Assembly: GCA_964016885.1 (NCBI GenBank) | Contig: OZ024741.1 | Span: 156,240,001 to 156,304,000, forward strand | DNA: 64,000 nucleotides | Direction: 5' to 3' | Origin: Eledone cirrhosa | Lineage: Eukaryota | Shown here: positions 27,607 to 43,800 of the stretch, one piece after another | Position numbering within the stretch: position 1 is the stretch's first letter | How the letters are laid out: each line of letters begins with the position of its first letter | The notes under the pieces: generated by a model | What the model was told of the DNA's origin: nothing | What the model saw: only the letters and a program-made list of their open reading frames with translations | Databases searched by the model: none | Translations under genes and position numbers: made by a program

Positions 27607-28039
27607 ACACACTCACATATTCTCCCTCACTTACAGGCAAGAGAAAATACAAGATATTGTAAAACAAAGTTTGATTGCTCCCCCGGGAAGGTTTCCGAAA
27701 TAATACATTCTTGACAGCACACAGCAAGAGAAACACTTAATAAATACATCAACGGCACAATAACAACAACTAAAATAACAACAATCCCCAACACCAACAG
27801 AGACAGAGCTACGATATCGAACTACAACATACAGCGACAACTACAGTAACAACAACGATAAAGTCAAATCCATAATAAGAAGAAAATTATTAAACTAAAA
27901 CAACAACATACAACACACAACTAGAACTACAATAAGCACGACAACAAAAACGATCTCAACAATAACAAAAACATACATTATAGATAAAATAACAAGCACG
28001 ATCTCAACACGCACACATAACAAACAACACAAACACAAC

Positions 28040-31000
28040 GACAACACACATACAGCAACAGCACACAACTCCAATAACACCACAAACAGCAACAGCCAAC
28101 ACAACAACACACAACTCCAATAATACCACAAACGAACAACAGCCATCACAACAACAACACAACACCAATAACACCACAAACAAACAACACCCAACACAAC
28201 AACACACAACTCCAATAACAGCACAAACAAACAACAGCCAACACAACAACAACATAACCCCAATAACACCACAAACAAACAACAGCCGACACAACAACAC
28301 ACAACTCCAATAACACCACAAACAACAACAGCCAACACAACAACAGCCAACACAACAACAACACAACTCCAATGACACCACAAATAAACAACAGCCAACA
28401 CAACAACACACAACTCGAATAACACCGCAAACAAAAACAGCCAACACAACAACAACACAACTCCAATAACACCACAAACAAACAACAGCCGACACAAGAG
28501 CACACAACTCCAATAATATCACAAACAACAACAGCCAACACAACAACAACACAACCCCAATAACACCACAAACAAACAACAGCCAACACAAGAACACACA
28601 ACTCCGTTAATATCACAAACAAGAACAGCCAACACAACAACAAAACAACTCCAAGAACATCACAAACAACAACATTCAACACGACAACAACACACAACTC
28701 CAATAACACCACAAACAAACAACAGCCAACACAACAACACAACTCCAATAACACGACAAACAGCCAACAGCCAACACAAGAACACACAACTCCAATAATA
28801 TCACAAACAACAACACAACTCCAATAACATCACAAACAACAACAGCCAACACAACAACAACACAACTCCAATAACATCACAAACAACAACAGCCAACAAC
28901 AACACAACTCCAAGAACATCACAAACCACAACAGCCAACACAACAACAACACAACTCCAATAACACCACAAACAAACAACAGCCAACACAAGAACACACA
29001 ACTCCAATAACGTCGCAAACAACAACAGCCAACACAACAACAACACAACTCCAATAACACGACAAACAAACAACAGCCAAGACAAGAACAACACAACACC
29101 AATAAAACCACAAACAAACAACAGCCAACACAAGAACACACAACTCCAATAATATCACAAACAACAACAGCCAACACAACAACAACACAACTCCAATAAC
29201 ACCACAAATAAACAACAGTCAACACAAAAACACACAACTCGAATAACACCGTTAACAACAACAGCCAACACAACAAAAACACAACTCCAATAACACTACA
29301 AACAAACAACAGCCAACACAACAACAACACAACTCCAATAACACCACAAACAAACATCAGCCAACACAACAACAACACAACTCCAATAACATCACAAACA
29401 ACAACAGCCAACACAACAACACAACTCCAATAACACAAACAACAACAGCCAACACAACAACAACACAAGTCCAATAACATCACAAACAAACAACAGCCAA
29501 CACAACTACAACACAACTCCAATAACACCACAAACAAACAACAGCCAACACAAGAACACACAACTCCAATAATATCACAAACAACAACAGCCAACACAAC
29601 AACAACACAACTCCAATAACACCACAAACAAACATCAGCCAACACAACAACACACAACTCCAATAACATCACAAACAACAACAGCCAACACAACAACAGC
29701 ACAACTCCAATAACACAAACAACAACAGCCAACACAACAACAACACAAGTCCAATAACATCACAAACAAACAACAGCCAACACAACTACAATAACACTAC
29801 AAACAAACAACAGCCAACACAACAACAACACAACTCCAATAACACGACAAACAAACAACAGCCAACACAAGAACACAACACTCCAATAATATCACAAACA
29901 ACAACAGCCAAAATAACAACACAACTCCAATAACATCACAAACAACAACAACAGCACAACTCCAATAACATCACAAATAACAACAGCCAACACAACAACA
30001 ACAGAAATTCAAATAACATCACAAACAACAACAGCCAACAACAACACAACTCCAAGAACATCACAAACAACAACAGCCAACACAACAACAACACAACTCC
30101 AATAACATCACAAACAAACAACAGCCAACACAACAACATAACTCCAATAACATCACAAACCACAACAGCCAACACAACAACAACACAACTCCAATAACAT
30201 CACAAACAAACAACAGCCAACACAACAACAACACAACTCCAATAACACCACAAACAAACATCAGCCAACACAGCAACGCACAACTCCAATAATATCACAA
30301 ACAACAACAGCCAACACAACAACAACACAACTCCAATAACATCACAAACAACAACAGCCAACACAACAACAGCACAACTCCAATAACACAAACAACAACA
30401 GCCAACACAACAACAACACAAGTCCAATAACATCACAAACAACAACAGCCAACACAACTACAATAACACTTCAAACAAACAACAGCCAACACAACAACAA
30501 CACAACTCCAATAACACGACAAACAAACAACAGCCAACACAAGAACACACAACTCCAATAATATCACAAACAACAACAGCCAAAACAACAACACAACTCC
30601 AATAACATCACAAACAACAACAACACAACTCCAATAACATCACAAATAACAACAGCCAACACAACAACAACAGAAATTCAAATAACATCACAAACAACAA
30701 CAGCCAACAACAACACAACTCCAAGAACATCACAAACAACAACAGCCAACACAACAACAACACAACTCCAATAACATCACAAACAAACAACAGCCAACAC
30801 AACAACACAACTCCAATAACATCACAAACCACAACAGCCAACACAACAACATAACTCCAATAACATCACAAACAAACAACAGCCAACACAACAACATAAC
30901 TCCAATAACATCACAAACCACAACAGCCAACACAACAACAACACAACTCCAATAATATCACAAACAAACAACAGCCAACACAACAACACAACTCCAATAA

Positions 31001-31160
31001 CATCACAAACAACAACAGCCAACACAACAACAACACAACTCCAATAACATCACAAACAACAACAGCCAACACAACAACACAACTCCAATAACATCACAAA
31101 CCACAACAGCCAACACAACAACAACACAACTCCAATAACACAAACAAACAACAACAAAAA
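28040..31160. repeat. AC-rich satellite, about 42-48-bp unit
   Basis: ACAACTCCAATAACA(T/C)CACAAACAACAACAGCCAACACAACAACAAC repeated over about 3.1 kb. Confidence 0.95.
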
Positions 31161-31304
31161 TAGCAAAATAAAATTAATATCACTAATTTTCAGTCATCAA
31201 CAATTCTACCGCCTCCCGGCAAAACTAAATACGATGATTTCAGAATTTTAAGCATAATCATTATTGTATAATTTAAAATGGTACAACCATTGTTATTTAT
31301 CAGC

Positions 31305-31650
31305 ATTTCTTCTTCGTCGTCGTCTTCTTCTTCTTCTTCTTCTTCTTCTTCTTCTTCTTCTTCTTCTTCTTCTTCTTCTTCTTCTTCTTTTTCTTTTCTT
31401 TTTTCTTTTTCTTTTTCTTTTTCTTCTTCTTCTTCTTCTTCTTTTTCTTTTTCTCTTTCTTTTCTTTTTTCTTTTTCTTTTTCTTCATCTTCTTCTTTTT
31501 CTTCTTCTTCTCTTTCTTTTTCTTGTTTTTCTTTTTCTTTTTCTTCTTCATCATATTTTTCTTGTACTTTTTCTTCTTCTCATCTTCCCCCTCTTGTTCT
31601 TCTTCTTCTTCTTCTTCTTCTTCTTCTTCTTCTTCTTCTTCTTCTTCTTC
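31305..31650. repeat. (TTC)n / (TTTTTC)n polypyrimidine tract
   Basis: Directly visible. Confidence 0.95.
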
Positions 31651-31693
31651 TACCCTTTAGGCAAATAAATGACATCATTATTGTTATTATTAT

Positions 31694-31875
31694 AGGGCGG
31701 TGGATTGGCAGTATCGTTAGAGGGTCGGACGCCATGCGTTGACGCATAGAGTTATGGCCCTTGCCATTCTGAGTTAAAATCCCGCCGAGGTTAACTTTGC
31801 CTTTCATCCTTACGGGGTCGATAAAATAAAGTACCAGTAATGCACTGGTAATTGCTGCCCAAATGTAGAAACAAT
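31694..31875 (+). mobile_element. tRNA/Deu-domain SINE
   Basis: Close match to 22643-22835. Confidence 0.85.
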
Positions 31876-32337
31876 TATTGTTATTATTATAGAATTCATA
31901 AATAAAGAAAGCATTATTATAGAATTCATGATTGTCGAAATTATTGTTATTCGTTATACGTTTATTCATGGGTTTTTGTTATTATTGTTATTAACATCTA
32001 TATGAATACTCATTATTTTGGATAATTGCTGGCCTTGTGCCAAACGTAGAAACAATTATTTTGCTATTAGTTTTTTTTTATTTAGCTTGGTTTCGTCATG
32101 GCTTGCTTGTATGCAGCATCTCACAGACAGAGAAATAACAACATATATATATATATATACATACATGCACACAAGTATACACACATGCAGGCACACACAC
32201 ACACACATATATACACACGCACGCATACACACACACGCACGCACCCACACACGCGCGCGCGCGTGCGCGCATGTATATGTATGTATATCTGAAAAGATTC
32301 AGGACCCCAAAGGCTGAGCTCGTGCCGTTTCAACAGC

Positions 32338-34027
<1,690 letters not shown>

Positions 34028-34030
34028 GTT

Positions 34031-34142
<112 letters not shown>

Positions 34143-34223
34143 TGTGTGTGTGTGTGTGTGTGAATTCCTTCCAAATACTGTACCGATTGTGTTGTTATAT
34201 CTGTTTACTTTATAAATACATAC

Positions 34224-34281
<58 letters not shown>

Positions 34282-34305
34282 GAAAAAAAAAATATATATA
34301 TATAC

Positions 34306-34367
<62 letters not shown>

Positions 34368-34391
34368 AATATATATAATATATAAATATCA

Positions 34392-34428
<37 letters not shown>

Positions 34429-34749
34429 TACACAGAGAGGGAGGGAGAGAGAGAGAGAGAAAGGGGAGGGAGGGAGAGTGAGAGACCAGGAAAGTGGTAG
34501 AAAAAGATGGGTGGAGAGAGAATGATAGCATTTTAGCAATTACTTTGAAAATCACATTTGAGTATGTCTCCTCTATACTACATCTTACGCATACTATCGT
34601 ATACACACACACATCCACGCGCGCGCACACACGCACACACACAAACACACACATCTCTATATATATACATACGTACATACATACTTACATACATATATAA
34701 ATGTATATATGTATAGATAATGTTATATATATATATATATATATAAGAT

Positions 34750-34878
<129 letters not shown>

Positions 34879-35764
34879 CTAAGAGATAGGATATCTAGGA
34901 CCACATGAAACACCTAAGGCACGTCACAATTCGTCTACCGTAGGCATTTATTCTCTGATAGCTCTTCACAACTAATTGAAAGTTAGATGTGTACTATATA
35001 TATATATACGAAAATAATATGTATCTGTTTCCATGTGTGTGCTTATAAGTGCATTTGTGGATATATCATCGTAATTATCGTATAAAGTTTTAAAACGCCT
35101 TATTTGTAAGACACTGTATATGTCTGCTAAAGAAGGCGTTCTTAAGTATATATACATTTTGAGGACCCTTATGTATAGACACTTGTGTATAGACCCTTAT
35201 GTATAGACACTTGTGGTTGTGCGTGTATTCGTGAGTGTGCAGGGACGCCTTTGTAACTGCTTGACTCTATTGACGAATATATGAATGTGAATTCATATTT
35301 TCTTAAAGTAACCCTTTCATTACTCTATTTATAATGAAAAGACTTTGCAAATGGTTTTCAAATCGGATTACAATTAATCAAGTATTTGTAGGGATTCAGC
35401 AATATAGCTGACTTTCACATTATTTAGTTTGTTTTCGGAGCATAATATAACAAGAGCTCTTACGTAAGATTGTGACGGAAGGATTTGAGATGAATATAAT
35501 AACAACTTTAAATCTTTCGTTACTAAATCTCTAATGAAATATACTGCTTATTAATTTCAGTAATGTTTTCAAATGATTTAACAATATGATATAAACGTAT
35601 GGTAGGTTAAATATAACCTCTTTAAAACATGTATGCTAGTATCATAAATCAGGGGCGGGCCCAGGTGGGGGTTGTAGTAAAAGTGTTATAAAAATTACAG
35701 CCGTGATTTGTATGTATTTATGTATGTTCCTCTGGTTTTATAATTTATGTATGTTCCCCTGGTT

Positions 35765-36075
35765 TTACAAATGTTTCCAATAGAGAGAGAGTCGGTTTCT
35801 AACATAGATACAATACTCTCTCATTGGAATTTACACAACATCAACTAGGTAGATATCTATGCAAGTCTGCATGCATGTGAGTGCAAGTATGGATGTTATT
35901 GTATGCGTGGATGTGTATGTTTTGAATTATATGCGTGCATGTGCATATGGTTTGTATATGTACATGTGTATGTGCAGTTATTAGATGCAGAATTTTTGGA
36001 ACGTTTTACATATTTTTACTGTTCCATTAATGGATTGTACTTGTAATTTCCTAACTAGTTTTGCTTTTCTGTTTC
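35765..36075 (-). mobile_element. 3' end of R4/Dong-like LINE
   Basis: Reverse complement of about 59100-59400. Confidence 0.8.
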
Positions 36076-36912
36076 GTAGGTATACTGAGCATTTTATATC
36101 TGACGGAGACCACCCTATTTCAAGTCAGAACACAGCTGATCTCTTCCGTATACATATATATATATATACACAGAGCGAGAGAGGGGGGGGGGGGGGGCAG
36201 AATTGGCCCCAGTCCTGGGCTTGTATTTTATTTGTTGGCCTTGAAAGAAGGAAACGCAAAGTTAACCAGGGTGGTTAACATTTCATAAGATATTTTACCA
36301 ACACCATATGTTCGTTGCTTTATACTGAGTTACGTGACTTACTGAATTATATATGTTGCTGGAATAGAAATAATGGGGTGATATCCTCACGTATGGAATG
36401 ACTTTCATGATCGATCAGGAGAGACCTGGCACAAAATAATAACAAAAACATCGCAGTAAAAAGAACAACAGCAAACACAACGATAACACTATATTTATAT
36501 CTCCAGTAACATCAGTAAAAGCAGACGTGATTAGTGACGATATCATCTGATTAGCATGATAATCAAGATTTTAGTGATCAATGTTTATATTTGACTTAAT
36601 TGACAGTTTTATTACATTAACTATAGCTTTATTAACAACTATGTCTGGCCATATTCTCTATAAATAAGCTGAGAAATATTATGCTATTTATATATGAGCG
36701 TGTATATTTAATTTTATGTAAGCATAATTTACAAAATCATTAGTGTCAGATAGAATGCTTTTTAATTTGTGTTCAATTCCTGCCGGGGTCAGCTTTGCCA
36801 TTCGTCTTTTCAAGGTCGATAGAGTACCAATTCAATACTGTGGTATGTTTTCTTTCCCTATTTCTTCGTTTCTTTCTCACTATCTCTCTTTTTTCTCTCT
36901 CTCTTTCTCTTA

Positions 36913-36981
<69 letters not shown>

Positions 36982-37860
36982 ACTCTCCGTCTTCGTTTCT
37001 TTCTCACTCTCTTTCTCTCTTCATTTCTTCCCCCCCCCCTCTCTCTCTCTCTCACTCTCTCTCTCACTCGCCACAAACACACACATGTATTTACCTATAC
37101 ATATGTATATATGAATAAATACACATATACATCTACATATTTAAATATATTTTTAGTTTAACAACTAAACAATCATCCGGTTATTAAACTAACGGACAGG
37201 GACATTAGAATGATAAATCGTTGACAGCATGACCCTCGCAAGGTATAACAATATATGTTTCAACAGAGTTTTCAGTCAAAGACTCTTGTCAAAGCAAATA
37301 CAAAAACGAAATATTTATATATAAACTAAACCACCTGTGACCTGTTGGGTCAGGTTCACTTAAAAATAATTATTTAAAATCATGTTTACTTAAAAATAAT
37401 TTTTAATGATAAAATACTACTACCAACACCAACTCACCTCCACAACCCACTACCACTACATATTTTAGACTCCATACAACTCAACAAAAACACAAATCAA
37501 TAAAAAGGTTCTCCACCATCCCCCAGTGGTTCAGAGGGGAGGTGGAGGACTTTGTTATTTAAAGATGAAAAAATTTGATGTTTCAAAATAAAAGCTATTG
37601 TGGGATATAAAGAGGAAGAGAGAATTTGGTAGTCTAGTGAGAGGGAATTGTGAGAGAGGGGTATGTGAAAGCGATAGAGAAAGAAGCATGTAGAGCAATA
37701 TAGTGCGGCAGAGAGAGTTTGGTAGGCTTGTGAGGGAGTGGGAATAACGAGAGCGATATAGAGTGACGTACACACATCATATATATCATATATATGCATA
37801 TATATATGATATATATGATATGCATATTTATATATATAAATACACACACATATATATATA

Positions 37861-37894
<34 letters not shown>

Positions 37895-38046
37895 AATACA
37901 CACACACATATATATATACATATATATATATGTGTGTGTGTGTGTGTATGAATTGGCAGTGACATTAAGACAGCGTCTAAGCATAACAGAGGTGTATAAA
38001 AAACATTTATAAGCATACGCACACACACACACATATATCATATATA

Positions 38047-38140
<94 letters not shown>

Positions 38141-38145
<5 letters not shown>

Positions 38146-38565
38146 GAAATGAATACAAGGAGTTTAAAACCATTGGAACATGTTTATATAACAGTGCGCC
38201 TACGTACGTTTCGCCCGGAATGGGATTATCAAGGGCATGGAAAACAAAACAATTTAACCGTGAAATCCCTCCTGGATCCTATATTGATCATTGTTTTGTT
38301 TTCCATGCCCTTGATAGCACCATTCCGGGTGAAGCGTACGTAGGCGCACTGTTATATAAACATGTTCTAACGGTTTTAAACTCCTTGTATTCATTTCCTT
38401 TATAATCGCTCTGGTTATTTTTTCTCGCCCACTAAATATTGACGCCTCTAATATTTAACCCTGTAGGCACGTATTGAGCACATATGCATAAACTATTGGC
38501 AACTAAATATATGTAACGCCCATCTTTCCATTTTTTTTCTCTCTCTCGATACTTAATCATTCTAC
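38141..38565. repeat. Fold-back (arms 38141-38253 / 38290-38402) with right tail
   Basis: Reverse-complement arms, (TA)n flanks. Confidence 0.9.
38198..38236 (-). ncRNA. Hammerhead with U3-A8 covariant core
   Basis: Reverse complement reads gccc-TTGATAA-t-ccc-attcc-ggg-c-GAAA-cgtac-GTA-ggc. Confidence 0.7.
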
Positions 38566-38610
<45 letters not shown>

Positions 38611-40818
38611 CAACGTAAACTCCGTTCCACTTATTCTAGTAGGCTTTTATATTTATATGTGAGCTGATAGAGTACTGTCTAAGGATTTACAGAAACCCAT
38701 GAAGCTAGATTTAACACCTTTCTAGTGGGTCCGGGTATGATTTTACATTCATTTAAATTATTGACGTATTGTTTTATTGATATTTTTTATCTGTTTGGCC
38801 CGAATCTTCCTTTATCGATTTTAAATCGTATGGTTGATTGTAGACTTGTTCTATATGTGACGGTATTTTAACGATAGTTATAGCTCTGATTCATCTGAAT
38901 TATTGAGCCCTCTGCCGCTCATATCGAATTTCGTTTTTCGTGAACTCGTGCGCCGATTTTTCGATACTCGATCTTTCTAATATATTTAGCTCTGGACATA
39001 GCTATCCACCAGTTAATTTTATTGCTCATTTTTTGTCGATTCTATTGAGTGATGAATAGCTTTTGTTTTATTTTAACATGTCTATTGAGCACTCTAATTC
39101 GATATGTGTATTTCCACATTCACTCGAATTGTTTTCGCGGATATAGGGGTCATCTCCCTTGTCTAATGCCATGTGCGTTTTTCACCGCTAGTTGACTCCT
39201 TTGCCGCCAGGATAAAACTCGTTGACAACGTAAACTCCGTTCCACTTATTCTAGTAGGCTTTTATATTTATATGTGAGCTGATAGAGTACTGTCTAAGGA
39301 TTTACAGAAACCCATGAAGCTAGATTTAACACCTTTCTAGTGGGTCCGGGTATGATTTTACATTCATTTAAATTATTGACGTATTGTTTTATTGATATTT
39401 TTTATCTGTTTGGCCCGAATCTTCCTTTATCGATTTTAAATCGTATGGTTGATTGTAGACTTGTTCTATATGTGACGGTATTTTAACGATAGTTATAGCT
39501 CTGATTCATCTGAATTATTGAGCCCTCTGCCGCTCATATCGAATTTCGTTTTTCGTGAACTCGTGCGCCGATTTTTCGATACTCGATCTTTCTAATATAT
39601 TTAGCTCTGGACATAGCTATCCACCAGTTAATTTTATTGCTCATTTTTTGTCGATTCTATTGAGTGATGAATAGCTTTTGTTTTATTTTAACATGTCTAT
39701 TGAGCACTCTAATTCGATATGTGTATTTCCACATTCACTCGAATTGTTTTCGCGGATATAGGGGTCATCTCCCTTGTCTAATGCCATGTGCGTTTTTCAC
39801 CGCTAGTTGACTCCTTTGCCGCCAGGATAAAACTCGTTGACAACGTAAACTCCGTTCCACTTATTCTAGTAGGCTTTTATATTTATATGTGAGCTGATAG
39901 AGTACTGTCTAAGGATTTACAGAAACCCATGAAGCTAGATTTAACACCTTTCTAGTGGGTCCGGGTATGATTTTACATTCATTTAAATTATTGACGTATT
40001 GTTTTATTGATATTTTTTATCTGTTTGGCCCGAATCTTCCTTTATCGATTTTAAATCGTATGGTTGATTGTAGACTTGTTCTATATGTGACGGTATTTTA
40101 ACGATAGTTATAGCTCTGATTCATCTGAATTATTGAGCCCTCTGCCGCTCATATCGAATTTCGTTTTTCGTGAACTCGTGCGCCGATTTTTCGATACTCG
40201 ATCTTTCTAATATATTTAGCTCTGGACATAGCTATCCACCAGTTAATTTTATTGCTCATTTTTTGTCGATTCTATTGAGTGATGAATAGCTTTTGTTTTA
40301 TTTTAACATGTCTATTGAGCACTCTAATTCGATATGTGTATTTCCACATTCACTCGAATTGTTTTCGCGGATATAGGGGTCATCTCCCTTGTCTAATGCC
40401 ATGTGCGTTTTTCACCGCTAGTTGACTCCTTTGCCGCCAGGATAAAACTCGTTGACAACGTAAACTCCGTTCCACTTATTCTAGTAGGCTTTTATATTTA
40501 TATGTGAGCTGATAGAGTACTGTCTAAGGATTTACAGAAACCCATGAAGCTAGATTTAACACCTTTCTAGTGGGTCCGGGTATGATTTTACATTCATTTA
40601 AATTATTGACGTATTGTTTTATTGATATTTTTTATCTGTTTGGCCCGAATCTTCCTTTATCGATTTTAAATCGTATGGTTGATTGTAGACTTGTTCTATA
40701 TGTGACGGTATTTTAACGATAGTTATAGCTCTGATTCATCTGAATTATTGAGCCCTCTGCCGCTCATATCGAATTTCGTTTTTCGTGAACTCGTGCGCCG
40801 ATTTTTCGATACTCGATC

Positions 40819-40826
<8 letters not shown>
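38611..40826. repeat. 615-bp tandem repeat, about 3.6 apparently identical copies
   Basis: CAACGTAAACTCCG at 38611, 39226, 39841 and 40456; (TA)n at both ends. Confidence 0.97.
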
Positions 40827-40857
<31 letters not shown>

Positions 40858-40858
<1 letters not shown>

Positions 40859-43800
40859 TAGCATTAAAGACCGGTGTTGCTCGGGGTCAGTAAGTTACCA
40901 AAGTTAAGTTGCACCACCCATTTTATGGCAGCATTTTTTTGTCTGCCAGGCACTGGTTGAATGAATTGCAAACCTGCACTGGCGAACAGGAGCTGCGCCA
41001 GCAGTGACAATTGTAGTTTCGCCTATTGATATTATCTCTGTGCAAAGAAGTGCTCAAATTTATTGTTTCACAGTACTTGCGCAACACGCGCGTAGACGAT
41101 GCCAGCCGAACAACAGAGCTGCGATGGAGTTGTTCTGCATGACATGTTTTAACGGGAGAGGGGCGGATTGAGGGAACCGCAAACTGGGGCCTGAAAACAT
41201 TGTCGAATTATGACAACCAAAAAAGAGGAAGAGGGATCATTGTATGGTTGGTGCATCATGTACGTCGGACGTAGAAGATGAGCCTGCGGCTGTGCCGACG
41301 GAGGGAGGGAAATAGAGCTGGGTGGAGGCCAGGTGTTGGTGAAGTGTGAAGTAATTGCAGGGAACCGCGTAAAAATCTAAATCCCGTCATTAAAGCATTG
41401 TTGACCCTTTGAGAGTCGTACGGAGGTGAAATACTAACCTGTCCACCGTCCTCCGAGGCCCACCAAACGGGGGTTGGTGAGGAGCAACAGCTGATATTTG
41501 AGTAGGGTCGGAGTTGCAATGAAGTTTTGTAACGCCGCGAGAATCAGCCTTTGTACGGCAGATGGTGGGTAGTGTCCAGTGCACTGCAGTGAAGGTTAAC
41601 CTACTTAGAAAGTACTCACGAAAAGGCAAAAAATAAAAAAATAAAAAATGTTATAAAATTAGGAATCAAGGTAATCCTATAAAACCTCCTTGTACATAAA
41701 GTTTTTTTTGTTTTTCCTTGCGGAACGAACGCGAAATCATCACTCTTGCTGCCGACACGCGAGCAGCCATTAAAGCTGACCATGAGAGAAACACGGCTCC
41801 CCCAAATGTATTCCCGCGACAGACAGTGTTTGTCCCTGCGCTTTGTTAATTGACATTGCGAAGCATGGCTTGACCGGGAACTGGGACCTCCGAAATGTGA
41901 GAGGTAGGTCTGTTCCTGATGGGAAAAGATGCATCCTCGGTATGAGCACAAACTTGCCCCGACCACACCCTGTGATTATCGTGGCCTCAATCAGATTGGG
42001 AGCTAAGGACTTAACGACCAAACGTGTGCCATTGCATTGTTTCGGCGGAACCAAATTTCGAATGAGCATTATAGGGGCACCAACTTTAAGTTTCAAAATG
42101 TGTGGGGGTAATCCGAGGGGCTCAAAGGAATTTAGTACCTCTATTGGATAGTTGATGACGCCCTCGGGGTCAGGAGTTCTATCGATAGACTTATATACGT
42201 AGCCATCCCCAGGAATGAGTTTTAGCATTTGATCATTAATATGGTTAACAGTTTTATTCCTCGGGGCCAGAATAGCCCTTTGGCCAAGCCAATCCATATT
42301 CTGATAATTTGCTTGGAGATCTGGGAACACTGCATCCCTGAGATCAGAAGGCGTACTAACAACGGTACAAAGTGATTCGATGGCAATATTACCCTTTTCA
42401 TCCCCGGGCGTTTTGCCTTCGCCAAGTGCAAGGATGGTGTGAGAAAATGCTGCTGATGTGATATCACCTCGCATATGAGCACGCATGTTAGTGTGAAGTT
42501 TCAGAGTCTTCACCAGGGGCCACAATGCAGATGACTTAAGACACGCACGTACTGCATCAGCTATAGTCCCCTTGGGAATAACGGGAAGCGTTTGCCTGAA
42601 TTCCTCTGAAAGAAGAAGTGTTATGCCTCCCATTGGAGCCGTAGAGTCTTTGATATCTCTCAGAGTTCTATCGAACGCCTCAAGAGCACCTCTGTGGGCC
42701 ATCGTGCATTCGTCCTTCTGTTCGCCTAATCTTAGCTAATATTAATTTGGTGACAAAAGTCTTCCCAGTCCCCCCAGGAGCGTCCAGGAAAAAATCCCCC
42801 CAGCTTTTCCCCGGACAGAATTAACAACGGAGTTGTAAGCGAATTTCTGTTCTGAAAGGAGCTTTGGCTCATTCTCTGCTATGTACTGGGAAAGCTCGTC
42901 AACATTATAAAATGTCTCACGCAGCAAATCCGAAGACAGAGTGTTTGCACATTCCCGGTTTGTTGAAGGTAGGCCATACACAGCTAACGCACTACCGCCC
43001 ATATCGAGAACAGTATCTTCGATTTCAAGCAGCGCCCTGTTGTAAATGAGGTAAAATGGGTTTAGCAACTGAGCGTGACGCAGGAAATCTTCAGACATGT
43101 AATCTTTGTAGCTAAACCATAAAGAGGCCGGATCACCCAAGTCACACCATAGGAGTAGAATAGCGAAAAGCGATCTAGTCTTTTAGGAGATTTCAATAAA
43201 ACGCCCTCTGCCATAGTGGCGCCCCATTGTGAATCATCCTCCAAAAGGTCACGTCTAAAGCAGGCTTCCCGGAAAGTATCACATAATTCACCGTCAACAG
43301 TTCTTATGTCTCGAAAGCTTTGTGGACCAAAAACCTCATGGAGAAGAAGGCGCAGGTGAAAACACTCATGCTGGTTGGGAGGTGTAGTGTACACTCTTCC
43401 TAGACAACTGTCAAACTTGACACCAGGATGTCCTTCAACATCCTGACCTGACTTCCTACGCACCCAAGTGTTGTTGGACCACACGTAGTAGGACGGGACC
43501 TGAGGATATGAAAGTGTTTTTGCAAATGTGTCAAGTTGGCAAAGCGTAAAACAAACAGTCAAATTTGTTTCTTTTGGATTGGCCGCCAAATGAGCAGCAG
43601 TCTGTTCAGTAAAGTAAGCCCGCTGGCCGTTTTCCAAATGAACCGCTAGTTGTATGATGGCGGGGTGCCTTTGGTGAACTGGAAACCCAAATATCCGCCA
43701 AAAAGCTTCACCCCTGCTGATATATCGATCTGCCAAGTACTCCGAGACCTCGTCCCTGCTATTGTCGTTTTGAAGGCCGAACATGGCAGCGTCGGAACCC

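Noticed and set aside
27895-31025. Long Cys/Val/Leu-rich minus-strand ORFs
   Set aside because: Translations of the AC satellite in several frames
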